This document shows, one piece after another, positions 1-9,795 of a stretch of 64,000 nt of DNA. The stretch's first letter is position 1. Every line of letters starts with the position of its first letter. This DNA is from an uncultured Aminicenantes bacterium (GTDB lineage Bacteria; Acidobacteriota; Aminicenantia; UBA2199). The stretch lies in the NCBI GenBank assembly GCA_965195285.1, contig CBDAFS010000039.1:17022-81021 (forward strand), written 5' to 3'. A program made the translations under genes and the position numbers. The notes under the pieces were generated by a model. That model had not been told where the DNA came from, searched no databases, and saw nothing but the letters and a program-made list of their open reading frames with translations.

Positions 1-72
1 ATTCTGAGAAGTATAAATAGGGGGGAAAAACCAACACATCCAAAGCTGGAGGCTGGCCAGGACCGACTCGAT

Positions 73-3000
73 TCAGTTTGATTTATCCAGATTGGCCAGC
101 TGATTTTTTAGTGTTTTTCTCAGTTGGTTTTCCTCAACCGAACGACCGTATAGCTTGGCAATTTTCTGGTAGATAATCAAGGCTTCAGGGGATTTTTTCA
201 ATCTCATCAGCAATCCTGCTTTTTCCCACAGGCATGGAATATAGTTTGGATTGAACTCAAGACAATCCTCAACTTCTTCCATAGCTTCCCGATATCTCTG
301 GTTCCGTATCAAATATTGAATGTATTCGGTTTGAAAAAACTGGCGGTGATAACAGGTCACCCAGTATGAAAGCTGGGTTTTCAACTTCATCAGGTTCTTA
401 AAATTACTATTTGCATTATCAAATTGGCCTTCGCTTTCATAAATCAATGCCCTTAAATGCAAAAAATATTTATAAGGTATATAAAAATTCTTTTCAGACA
501 GATGGTAACGCTGTTTGATTTCCCGCAACCATTCCAGCTCCTGCTGGGTGGCTTTCAATTTGTTAAGTTTCAGTAAAACCATCCCTCTCAACCAGTGGGC
601 TTCCGCCACGGTATAATCATTGATATCTTTAGAATTATAGATGAGCAGCGATTGGTCCAGAATGGACAGTGCTTCATCCATATTCTTCTCCAAAAATTGA
701 ATATAGGCCTGTTTGACCATGGATCGGGCCCTCTCCTTTTTTGAATTGGTAAGCTGGTTATAATACAGTAAAACCGGTTTCACTTTCTGGTACTCAGCCT
801 TCAGGATATAAATGTCAGCCAGAGTCAGATTTGACCAGGGTACACTTTGACTGTTTTTTGACAGGGCGGCCAGTTTCATGGCCTCGGCAGAGGTCAGATC
901 ACCCGAATAAAAATACCCATCTCCGAGAGAGTCGAAAGAATTGGCGGATTGATCCAGGTTGCGGTAATCCTCAAATCGTTGAATGGCCTGGTTGTGATTT
1001 CCCAGATAAGAATAGCAATACCCCAAATGATTGATGGCCTTAGAATTCTTTCGGTTGATATCCAGAACCTGCTGATAAAAACCAATGGCCTTTTCCGCAT
1101 CTCCCCGGTGAAAGTACGCTTCTCCGAGTTCAAAAAAAGCATCCGGAAGAAATGGAAAATCTTCCTTCAACTTTTCCAGATTTTCGATTTCATCATTAAA
1201 ATTAAATTCCAGTCGGGATTTGAGAGCCTGTATTTTTAATCGGAAACTACCGGTGAGGTTATCCTTCAAACACACAACCTCCCGGATTAACTGTCTGGCC
1301 TCTTCCCGCCTACCCTTGAAATAGAAAATATCAGCCAGTAAATATTTGGCTACAGGGAGATCAATCGACTTTTTCAGGTGATATTCAGCCTGGCTGAATC
1401 GAAACTTACGGTAATATTTAAGTCCCTGGTAAAAACTTGAAAATCGTTTCCAATCACTGCCGAACAGGTCAGAGATTTTTTTTATTCTCACCTCATCCGC
1501 CTGTTTATTACCGAAAACACTTAAATACACACGTTTTGCCAGTGTGTCCACCTGACTGGAAAGCAATATATCCTTATTTTGTATGGGAATAGTGATGGGT
1601 AATTGCTTTTTCCCCCGGACCACCGGGATCAGTACGGCATCAATGTTGTAGAAGTCGTTGAACTGGGTAACCGTTCCCTTTAATTCAAACAATACCTTGA
1701 ATTTTTTCATGAGTTTTATCACCGTATTCCGGGAATCAAGTGTATTTTTCGCCATTTCCTGCCCGGGGATGTTTTCGGGCCCCCCCCCCACCTGATCCGA
1801 AACCAATACTCCCTTGGCACTAAAAGCGGAATCCGTTTCCATATCAAGACCGGAAGCAATATCCTCATTTATGGTTTTAAATTCCCGGAACTGATTTAAA
1901 GACTGGTACAGTAAGTAATTCAATTTTTCGAAGAGTTGTTTATCACTGCTTTGGTTTTTAAAATCATGTAAATAAATATAAAATTTTTCACCGGGGTCCG
2001 GAATCATCATTTTATCATCCCGGTGGCCAGTCAATATCAATAACAGGGCGATAATCAGGACCAGGGCCAGAGGTATTGATACCATTTTCATGATCCGGTG
2101 TTTGGTGTATATCAGTGGTTCGGTATGGGCCTTTATTTTTTTGATTCGGTAGACGATATCTCCCAGTCCTTCCTGGTCAGAAGTCCTCTGTATTCCTTTC
2201 ATCAATTTATTCTGATCCTGGGTATCAATAATTTCTGTTTTGAAATCAATATTCTTACTCTCAGCCTGCAGAATATAATCTTCCCGTATTTGCTCAAGAT
2301 TTTCTTTGATTGATTTAAAATCCGTTAACCGGTCTCCGGGTTTCTTCTCCAGGGCACATCTGACCATCTGCTTCAGTTGATCAGGTATATCGCGGAAAAA
2401 CTGTACGTCCCTGTTGATGACATTGTACAGTGTAGATATATGATCTTTATCCTGAAAGGGATTAATCCCTTCCAGCATTTCATACACCACCACCCCGAAA
2501 GAGAATATGTCGCTGGAGGGTTCCAGATGCTCTCCTCTGGCTTGCTCCGGTGACATGTAGCAAACGGTTCCCATTATAATTCCCTTTTCAGTGAAGTGGG
2601 TCGAATCGATCATATCCTTCTTTTTCATGATTGATTCATCCCTGAATTTCGCCAAACCAAAATCCAGAACCTTAACCGAACCCTTTTGATTAACCATTAA
2701 ATTGGCCGGTTTTATATCCCGATGAATAATCTGCTTGGAATGGGCTTCAATCATGCCTTCGCATATCTGGATAGTAATATCCAGGATTTTATTGATGCTT
2801 AACTTCTTCAGGCTTATGATCTGGTCAAGGGTCACACCATCAACAAATTGCATGACAATATAGTTGTTATTCTCTTCCTCATATATCTCGTATATGGTGC
2901 ATATATTCGGGTGTTCAAGCTGCGAGGCGGTTTGAGCCTCTCTCAGAAAACGGGCCTTTGAATAAAAATCATTGAGGGTTTTCTCCGAAATACATTTGAT

Positions 3001-3255
3001 GGCCACTTCCCTTTTTAACTTCTGGTCCCGGGCATGATAGATGGTTCCCATCCCTCCCCGTCCCAGACTTTTGATGATTTTGAAGCGGCGGTTCAGAAGT
3101 AAATCATCAAAGCTCAATTCCGCAGAATCCGATTCTCCTGTAGAGGACGTTCCGGATATTTGGATGGTGACATCCTCAGCCTGCATCTGAACACCACAGG
3201 ATTTACAGAACCGAGCATCAAGAGGATTATCACTGCCACAGGTCTTACATTGCAT
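73..3255 (-). CDS. Serine/threonine protein kinase with N-terminal zinc-ribbon, a single TM segment and an extracytoplasmic TPR-repeat domain
   Basis: ORF 73..3324(-). Hanks kinase motifs HRDIKPANLM, DFGLAK, MSPE. CxxC...CxxC ribbon (MQCKTCGS..CKSCG). Hydrophobic stretch (SIPLALVLIIALLLILTG). C-terminal half is rich in TPR-like repeats. The start is probably the internal Met at 3255, because the 3324 start is only 50 bp from the divergent gene. Confidence 0.8.
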   Translation of the reverse strand: MQCKTCGSDNPLDARFCKSCGVQMQAEDVTIQISGTSSTGESDSAELSFDDLLLNRRFKIIKSLGRGGMGTIYHARDQKLKREVAIKCISEKTLNDFYSKARFLREAQTASQLEHPNICTIYEIYEEENNNYIVMQFVDGVTLDQIISLKKLSINKILDITIQICEGMIEAHSKQIIHRDIKPANLMVNQKGSVKVLDFGLAKFRDESIMKKKDMIDSTHFTEKGIIMGTVCYMSPEQARGEHLEPSSDIFSFGVVVYEMLEGINPFQDKDHISTLYNVINRDVQFFRDIPDQLKQMVRCALEKKPGDRLTDFKSIKENLEQIREDYILQAESKNIDFKTEIIDTQDQNKLMKGIQRTSDQEGLGDIVYRIKKIKAHTEPLIYTKHRIMKMVSIPLALVLIIALLLILTGHRDDKMMIPDPGEKFYIYLHDFKNQSSDKQLFEKLNYLLYQSLNQFREFKTINEDIASGLDMETDSAFSAKGVLVSDQVGGGPENIPGQEMAKNTLDSRNTVIKLMKKFKVLFELKGTVTQFNDFYNIDAVLIPVVRGKKQLPITIPIQNKDILLSSQVDTLAKRVYLSVFGNKQADEVRIKKISDLFGSDWKRFSSFYQGLKYYRKFRFSQAEYHLKKSIDLPVAKYLLADIFYFKGRREEARQLIREVVCLKDNLTGSFRLKIQALKSRLEFNFNDEIENLEKLKEDFPFLPDAFFELGEAYFHRGDAEKAIGFYQQVLDINRKNSKAINHLGYCYSYLGNHNQAIQRFEDYRNLDQSANSFDSLGDGYFYSGDLTSAEAMKLAALSKNSQSVPWSNLTLADIYILKAEYQKVKPVLLYYNQLTNSKKERARSMVKQAYIQFLEKNMDEALSILDQSLLIYNSKDINDYTVAEAHWLRGMVLLKLNKLKATQQELEWLREIKQRYHLSEKNFYIPYKYFLHLRALIYESEGQFDNANSNFKNLMKLKTQLSYWVTCYHRQFFQTEYIQYLIRNQRYREAMEEVEDCLEFNPNYIPCLWEKAGLLMRLKKSPEALIIYQKIAKLYGRSVEENQLRKTLKNQLANLDKSN
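1780..1789. repeat. C10/G10 homopolymer tract inside the kinase CDS (encodes VGGGP); possible slipped-strand phase-variation site
   Basis: Direct read: gggc + ccccccccc at 1780-1789. In frame on the minus strand as gtg ggg ggg ggg ccc. Confidence 0.6.
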
Positions 3256-3373
3256 CGTCACTATTTTAGCAAATAGCCCGATTTTTATCAATTCCAAAGC
3301 TATCGGTTTCCATTCCTGAAACAATCAAAAACCCGGCTTTGCCTATACCGGGCCAAATTGGTATAATCACATC

Positions 3374-4519
3374 ATGGCTTCCTATGCCAATTACTCCCTA
3401 AAGGCCCGGGCAATCGCCCGGTTGATTGATTCCATAACCTGGCCTTTTGGAATATTCAGAAAAAATCAAAAACCTGAAAAAATTGAAAAAATTCTTCTGG
3501 TCAGACCCGATCACCTGGGAGATCTGCTGATGAATACCGATGCCATGTATTCATTAAAGAAAACATTCCCGCATTCCCAGATATTCCTGGTCACACCGGA
3601 TTGGAATCAGCCCATTGCCCAAAAGCTGGAATTCATCGATGAAATCATCCCCATTAACCTGAAATGGTATTGCTTTAACCGGGAACCACATACCCACTTA
3701 ATTGAATTGATAAAAAAAATATGGGTATTGAGGAAAATAAAAATTGATCTTTTTATCGATTTTAGGGGAGATTTTCGTATTGCCCTACTGTTCGGATTTT
3801 TCTCCGGTTCGAAAATCAGGCGTGGTTTCAGTAACCTGGGTGGCCGCTATCTATTAAACAACCATACCGTTTTTAACCGCAAAATCCATTTTTTTCAGCA
3901 GAATTTTGAACTGATCGCTCCTTTCACAGAGAGTAGATATCACTATAAAATTCCTTTGGATAAATCCGATGAACTCAAGGCAGAAGAACTCCTTTTGCGT
4001 TATGGGTTGAAACCCGGTTCTTTTGTGATAATACATCCGACGGTTGCCGGATACTGGAACTTAAAAAGATGGCCGCTTAACCATTTTGTTGAAGTGGCCC
4101 AGCATATAATTTTCAATCACCACCTTCAGATTATTATTTGCTCGGGACCTGCCGAGAGAGAGACCGGAAATTCACTTGCCCGGTCAGTTCCAGAATCAAT
4201 TAACCTGTCGGGCCGTTTAACCCTGATTGAATTCATAGCCTTATTGAGGCGAGCTTTTTTTCTAATCTCCAATGATTCGGCGCCCATGCATCTGGCCGTT
4301 CAGATCCTTACTCCCCTGATTGCGGTTTTTGGACCCACCAATTACCGGAGATCAGGCCCCTATCCACTCAATGAACGCCAGATCGCCGTAGAAGGTGATA
4401 TCGGATTGAAAAGGCCCCTGTTCGGAGTCCAATCCCTCGGGAAAGGATATTTTCCAAAACCTGAAACAGTAATAGGCAAAATTGATGAATTGATAAAATA
4501 TTTGGAAAATCAAAAGTGA
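3374..4519 (+). CDS. Glycosyltransferase family 9 (LPS heptosyltransferase-like)
   Basis: N-terminal motif ILLVRPDHLGDLLM is typical of ADP-heptose:LPS heptosyltransferases (RfaF/WaaC family). GT-B architecture. 381 aa. Confidence 0.75.
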   Translation: MASYANYSLKARAIARLIDSITWPFGIFRKNQKPEKIEKILLVRPDHLGDLLMNTDAMYSLKKTFPHSQIFLVTPDWNQPIAQKLEFIDEIIPINLKWYCFNREPHTHLIELIKKIWVLRKIKIDLFIDFRGDFRIALLFGFFSGSKIRRGFSNLGGRYLLNNHTVFNRKIHFFQQNFELIAPFTESRYHYKIPLDKSDELKAEELLLRYGLKPGSFVIIHPTVAGYWNLKRWPLNHFVEVAQHIIFNHHLQIIICSGPAERETGNSLARSVPESINLSGRLTLIEFIALLRRAFFLISNDSAPMHLAVQILTPLIAVFGPTNYRRSGPYPLNERQIAVEGDIGLKRPLFGVQSLGKGYFPKPETVIGKIDELIKYLENQK

Positions 4520-4608
4520 ATTCAACTTAGCCAAAACGTCCAGACCAGCTTTAAATCAGGGTGTTTTCCAGAGTCAGGAATCAGGGATGAGAATACAAAT
4601 TCCATCCG

Positions 4609-6207
4609 CTAGGAGGGGTTTTGATTAAGGATATAAATCTTCAGGCCATTTATGTCAATGGTCTCGGCTATTATTCTGAAAATGGTTTCTTTGACTCTCA
4701 GTAATTTTCCCACATACTTTTCCGGGGTTGAGGTGATCAAATAAATCCGATCATAGCCCGTCAAATCAATATTTGGTTCTGTTCTCTTAATGAGCTTTAC
4801 TGCTACTTTCCCATGTATAAAGGTTGATACCATAAAATGCTTTCTTTCCCTTTGGACTATCAGGAATTCATATTTTTCCAAATAATGGGGAATGACCCGG
4901 TAATCGGCAATGATGTTACTCAAGATAAATAAGGTCCGGCCCTCTTTTTTTATTTTATTAATTTCTGAAAAATAATATTCATAAATCTTTCTGATTGACA
5001 CCGAGTGGGAATGGGTAGTCTCGAATATCCGGATAACCTGAGAAAGTACATATTCTCCGGTGCGCTTATCCTGACCGCTGATTTTGATTTTGGCCTTGAA
5101 ATAATCCAGCTGTAGCGGGATAAAAAACAACAAGAGATTTACCATGACAATCCATTTGAACCTTGTTCTGATCCGCTGCCATTGAAAAAATCCGATGACC
5201 AGAATAACCATGCCGGTAAAGATTTCAAGTAAATACCCATTCTTTGGAAAGTACAGCAGCAATACAAAACCTAAATGTGGAAGTATCCACATGATTAAAA
5301 ACCAGGTATTGTTTTTTTTCAGGATTTTCAAAAATGAAATCTTTCCCGATCTGACCATCATTATCAATGTAAGGGGTATTATCTGGATGACCAAGGCCAG
5401 GATGACATTTTTGCAATTTTTTATGACCGTTAGCAGCAGGTTCTTGATTCCACCTAAATAACCACTGAGGATATTGTCCCTGATTATATAATCGGTAATC
5501 AAGGCATCCAGTGCATCCGGTGCCCTGGATAAGTAGAACACCCATTCTTTCAAAGCAAAATACCACAGGACATCAACAACTATAAACAGGGCAATAAAGG
5601 TCCATCTTTTCCAACCGGTTTTTATGCGAAAAAACATCACAAAGATGGCTAAAGGTAGCAAAACCAGCGGAATATTGGTTTTGATCAATCCTCCCAGCAA
5701 TATGACCAGAACCATATATGGATTCCATTTTTGCTGGAACACTTTATTCAGGCAATATACAATGCCGATAACGGCAGCCCCCTCGGTTAAATAAATGGTG
5801 GTGACTTGGGAGTGAAAGAAAACAATGGGAACGGTAAGAAAAAAGGCATACAGACCGGGGCTGAATTCTTTCTTGAGCAAATCTTTGGCCAGCAGCGTGG
5901 AAAACAGGGCAAAAATAAAATATGAAATCAGTACAATAGCCAGAAAGCCATAATAGCTGTTTTGAAAAATCCCGGCCAACATTTTCAAGATAAATACGAA
6001 CCCGATGTAACCGGGTGGATGGGGCTGGTTCAGAAACAGGTTAAACTCATCAATGGCCTTGACATAATTGACAGAATCCCATTCGTATAAATAAGGAAAC
6101 CTCAATATCACTGAAGCTGTCATGAAAATCATGGTCATCAAAAACAGACCCGGAAATCTCCATGCTGAATGACCACATTGATTTATTTTTAGTTGACTTG
6201 TCATCAC
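4609..6207 (-). CDS. Polytopic membrane protein, GT-C-fold glycosyltransferase-like (family uncertain)
   Basis: 532 aa with >10 hydrophobic segments. N-terminal loop has YEWDSVNY..PHPPGY. Sits in a glycosyltransferase operon. Its stop overlaps the start of the upstream GT4 gene. Confidence 0.45.
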   Translation of the reverse strand: MMTSQLKINQCGHSAWRFPGLFLMTMIFMTASVILRFPYLYEWDSVNYVKAIDEFNLFLNQPHPPGYIGFVFILKMLAGIFQNSYYGFLAIVLISYFIFALFSTLLAKDLLKKEFSPGLYAFFLTVPIVFFHSQVTTIYLTEGAAVIGIVYCLNKVFQQKWNPYMVLVILLGGLIKTNIPLVLLPLAIFVMFFRIKTGWKRWTFIALFIVVDVLWYFALKEWVFYLSRAPDALDALITDYIIRDNILSGYLGGIKNLLLTVIKNCKNVILALVIQIIPLTLIMMVRSGKISFLKILKKNNTWFLIMWILPHLGFVLLLYFPKNGYLLEIFTGMVILVIGFFQWQRIRTRFKWIVMVNLLLFFIPLQLDYFKAKIKISGQDKRTGEYVLSQVIRIFETTHSHSVSIRKIYEYYFSEINKIKKEGRTLFILSNIIADYRVIPHYLEKYEFLIVQRERKHFMVSTFIHGKVAVKLIKRTEPNIDLTGYDRIYLITSTPEKYVGKLLRVKETIFRIIAETIDINGLKIYILNQNPS

Positions 6208-7280
6208 TTTTTCTTCAGGATCTCCTTATAAATTGCCTGCATTTTTTCTCTGAATTTTCCCAGTGTATAGGCTTCGAGAATCCGTTTTCCCGACTCCAGC
6301 AACCTTTTTTCCAGTTCCGTATCTTCAATCAATTCATTGACTTTCATGGCAAATGCTTCCGGATCCAGTGGGTCATCGACATAAAGCGCCGATTCCCCCA
6401 TTACCTCAGGGATCGAACTTCTCCTGGATACCACGGACAGGGTTCCACAGCGCAGTGCTTCCAGTGGAGGGTAACCAAAACCTTCATACAGGCTTGGAAA
6501 GGCAAACACCTTGGCATTCTGATATAGATAGCTGAGTTCATTGTCCGAAACATAGCCACAAAAATGAACCCGGTGGTAATCACATTCATTCAAAAAAGTT
6601 AAAAGCTCCCTTTTACTGGAATCCTCTATTTGCCCGGCAATGACCAGGGGCAGCTTGTGAAAGCGAATCGACTGTACAACGGTCTTCAGATTCTTGATTT
6701 TGTCAATACCTCCGGTGTAAAACAAATATTCCGAGGGAAGTTCCATATCCGGTTTTTGAGCAAAGGCGGGATTGATATGCTTATCAAGCGCATTGTGAAT
6801 GACCCGTATCCGACCCTCAAGTTGAGGTAAATAATTGAGTAGATCATTGGCAGTATGACGGGAAACAGTTATCACTACATCGGCATTCCGGGCACTTTTA
6901 ATAATTTTCTTAAAAATATACCGGTGCCTGGCACTGGAAAAATCAGGGAAGATTAGCGGGGTCAGGTCATGAACCGTAAGGACATAAAAGATATTTTTCG
7001 GTTTTTTAGGCAATGCAAAAGCGGGTGAATGATAAACACGTATGGCCTTTTCAACCAACAGGTTTTTCAGCATCACATGATCGGTAAAGGTAATCAATCG
7101 TCTGGGGGAATTCAAAAATAATTTTCTTTCCAGTTCTGGCCAGAAATTCTTTTCATTGAAAAAAAGAAAATGGAATGCCCGTTCATTTTTAAAAATATCG
7201 ATCAATTGTCTAGTGTAGCGCCCGATTCCCCGGAATGCTGAATAGGTCTGTAAGGAGCGTCCGTCGATTAAGATCTTCAT
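6204..7280 (-). CDS. Glycosyltransferase family 4 (GT-B, retaining)
   Basis: C-terminal motif EGFGYPPLEALRCGTLSVVS is a GT4 (E-x7-E-like) signature. 358 aa. Confidence 0.8.
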   Translation of the reverse strand: MKILIDGRSLQTYSAFRGIGRYTRQLIDIFKNERAFHFLFFNEKNFWPELERKLFLNSPRRLITFTDHVMLKNLLVEKAIRVYHSPAFALPKKPKNIFYVLTVHDLTPLIFPDFSSARHRYIFKKIIKSARNADVVITVSRHTANDLLNYLPQLEGRIRVIHNALDKHINPAFAQKPDMELPSEYLFYTGGIDKIKNLKTVVQSIRFHKLPLVIAGQIEDSSKRELLTFLNECDYHRVHFCGYVSDNELSYLYQNAKVFAFPSLYEGFGYPPLEALRCGTLSVVSRRSSIPEVMGESALYVDDPLDPEAFAMKVNELIEDTELEKRLLESGKRILEAYTLGKFREKMQAIYKEILKKK

Positions 7281-8803
7281 CAGGCTATTCTCAGCAATGT
7301 TTTCAGTGCTTGCAATTGCTGACCCCTTAATTCATACTTTTCAAAGGATACCGAAATATAACGCCTGGTTTCAACCCGGGTGAAATAGCGTGATAAAATA
7401 TTCAAAAACCTTCGATCCTGGATCGGCTGTTCCTCCCAATCCAGTATCAGCAGGTTCAATGATGATCCGGTTTGTTTTTTTACACAATTTTTCAGATTCA
7501 AAAAGGTCGGAGACAATATCTTTACGTCACTTTTCAATAAATCAAAATAACACTGCGAATAGCGAATTTCTTCAGAAAGAACCGCAATTGAATCTTCTGA
7601 CATTCCTTCAGCTACTTGCCTGATTTGAGTTACGGCTTCCCGCCACTGCTGTTTGGTTTTGCGACCATAATAATCATGCTGAAAATAAATACCGGACACC
7701 GATACCATGAATACCGCCACAATGATAATCATTCTCAAAAAGCCCGACCGGATCATGGCAATGGCCGCGGCGATCAACACCAAAACCCCAGCCAGGATAT
7801 AGATTCCGTGCTTGAATGACAGCATGGGAACCATAAGCAGGGATCTCAGATAGGGAACAAATAATGAGAGGAAAATCCAACTGATGACAATTGGAATAGA
7901 AAACAGCAGTGATTTGAATTCACTACTCGTACAAGTCACTTGCCTCCCTTTCAGTATACATTTGACCACCAAAAACAGTAGTAAAACGGAAAACAGGATG
8001 TTCAGAAGAATTTCATTACCAAAAAAAGCCCTAAAAAGATTTAGGAAAAAAAGCGGATTGGGCGGGGCTTTTATCCAGTGATCGGTTTTCTGCAACATTT
8101 TTAAAACAAAACAGATCATGGGAACATATAAAAGGATCATCATCAGGCCGGCCATCAGGTGATGTCGGGTTGCTCTCAGGTTAAACAGTTTTTTTTGAAA
8201 GCCATAATAAAAACCTAAATAAATAAACTGCGACAGCAGAATAAACAATCCATAGTAATGTGTATACAACATCAAAACAGTATACAGAACATAGAAAAGC
8301 CTGTTTCTTTTCCCCGGCTCTTTCAAATCTTTGATAAAGAACAGAAAGGAGAGGGTAGTGAACAGAAAAAGCAATATATAGGGCCTGACTTCCTGAGAGT
8401 AATACAGGTGATAAAAGTTGACCGAAACCAGCAAACCGGCAATAAGTCCGGCCTGTCGGTTGAATATTTCCTTTCCCAAGAGAACCACAGGGTAAACACT
8501 GAGAATGCCAATCACTGCAGTAAAAAGCCGAGGGCTAAATTCATTGTAGCCAAAGAGTTTCATCCAGCTGTGCAGAAGTAAAAGAAACAAAGGGGGATGC
8601 GGGTCCCAGCGGGAAACCCCCACTATTCTGAATATGGAGAAATCGGGCGAACTGTGATAAATGGAAAACAGTTCATCTCCCCACAGACTTTGAAAATTCA
8701 ATCCCTTTAATCGTAAAAAAGCGGCGATAACCAGGATACCGAAAAACCAGACATGCTCAATTCTAAAATGTTTCTTCCAATCAGAACCGGATTCGAGCAT
8801 CAT
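7280..8803 (-). CDS. GT-C-fold membrane glycosyltransferase (ArnT/PMT-like, GT39/83-type)
   Basis: 507 aa, multi-TM. First extracytoplasmic loop has SLWGDELFS, a DE-containing motif typical of ArnT/PMT-family transferases. Confidence 0.6.
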   Translation of the reverse strand: MMLESGSDWKKHFRIEHVWFFGILVIAAFLRLKGLNFQSLWGDELFSIYHSSPDFSIFRIVGVSRWDPHPPLFLLLLHSWMKLFGYNEFSPRLFTAVIGILSVYPVVLLGKEIFNRQAGLIAGLLVSVNFYHLYYSQEVRPYILLFLFTTLSFLFFIKDLKEPGKRNRLFYVLYTVLMLYTHYYGLFILLSQFIYLGFYYGFQKKLFNLRATRHHLMAGLMMILLYVPMICFVLKMLQKTDHWIKAPPNPLFFLNLFRAFFGNEILLNILFSVLLLFLVVKCILKGRQVTCTSSEFKSLLFSIPIVISWIFLSLFVPYLRSLLMVPMLSFKHGIYILAGVLVLIAAAIAMIRSGFLRMIIIVAVFMVSVSGIYFQHDYYGRKTKQQWREAVTQIRQVAEGMSEDSIAVLSEEIRYSQCYFDLLKSDVKILSPTFLNLKNCVKKQTGSSLNLLILDWEEQPIQDRRFLNILSRYFTRVETRRYISVSFEKYELRGQQLQALKTLLRIA

Positions 8804-8846
8804 GCCCCCTCACCTATCTCTGAATCAGCTATATTCATCATCACAC

Positions 8847-9749
8847 TCAGGATTCCGCTCTTCGAGCAAACAAGTGTTCAACCAAACGCCAGAAGCGTCC
8901 CGGGATAGCCCTGGCAATTTTCAAGGCCTGTACATCATTCAGATTCCACCAGGATTCACCGGCCACTCCCACCTGGCTGTTGACCACCACCTCACATCCT
9001 AAAAATCTGGCTTCAACCGGCATGCGGCCGGCCGGTTCAAGGGCTTTCGGTAAAAAAACAAATTGTGAAGCGCCTTCAAATGTATTTAAAACCTGGTCGG
9101 GTTTCATATCTTTTATGATGATGGGATCGATTCCTTTTCCCTGGCAGTATTTCATTGCCGGTTTAAACCCCTTGATCGGACCTCTGGAATAGGCAATACA
9201 GGTGCCTTTCTTCTGGCGAGAGGAAGTCGATTGAAAACGTTTTACCCGTTTAAAATATGATTTATCCATTGCCGAACCACCCAAAACCAATTCCCTGGAA
9301 CAGGAAAAAAATGGATTTCGGTGAAAAACTGCCCTCTGGCGGTGGGTCAAAAAGATGACCCCGAGTGCAGTGCCATACAATGACCGGAGATAAAAATGGG
9401 GACAAATACACCAATGCCGGAAACGATGTGCAGGTTCCCAGGCTTCGGGAAAATTTCCCCGAAACCGGCAGATCCTCACATCATGCTCAAACAGAATATG
9501 TCGGCCAAAATGACAAATATCTTTAATCTGCTGTCGGGATGCCAGGGACAGATTGCCCAGTATATGCACATCAAAATCGTCCAAATGTTTCCATTTCAGA
9601 TCTTTTATGCGCACACCCTCCAACTTCCATGGACAGGTTTCGATAAGTGCTGCATCCGTCATCTCGGCACCGCCGGGGTACAGACTTCTCAAATCCCGGG
9701 GTTCATCACAAAACTTGTCCACCACAAATAAAATTCTAGGTTCAGACAT
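8847..9749 (-). CDS. Hypothetical protein in glycan operon (weak GT-B-like C-terminal motif)
   Basis: 300-aa ORF with coding-like composition. The segment FVFLPKALEPAGRMPVEARFLGCEVVV resembles a GT-B donor-binding region. No firm family assignment. Confidence 0.4.
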   Translation of the reverse strand: MSEPRILFVVDKFCDEPRDLRSLYPGGAEMTDAALIETCPWKLEGVRIKDLKWKHLDDFDVHILGNLSLASRQQIKDICHFGRHILFEHDVRICRFRGNFPEAWEPAHRFRHWCICPHFYLRSLYGTALGVIFLTHRQRAVFHRNPFFSCSRELVLGGSAMDKSYFKRVKRFQSTSSRQKKGTCIAYSRGPIKGFKPAMKYCQGKGIDPIIIKDMKPDQVLNTFEGASQFVFLPKALEPAGRMPVEARFLGCEVVVNSQVGVAGESWWNLNDVQALKIARAIPGRFWRLVEHLFARRAES

Positions 9750-9795
9750 GATGCATTTCCGTATCCGTATTTTCAGTCATAAGCCGGCTTCTGAT

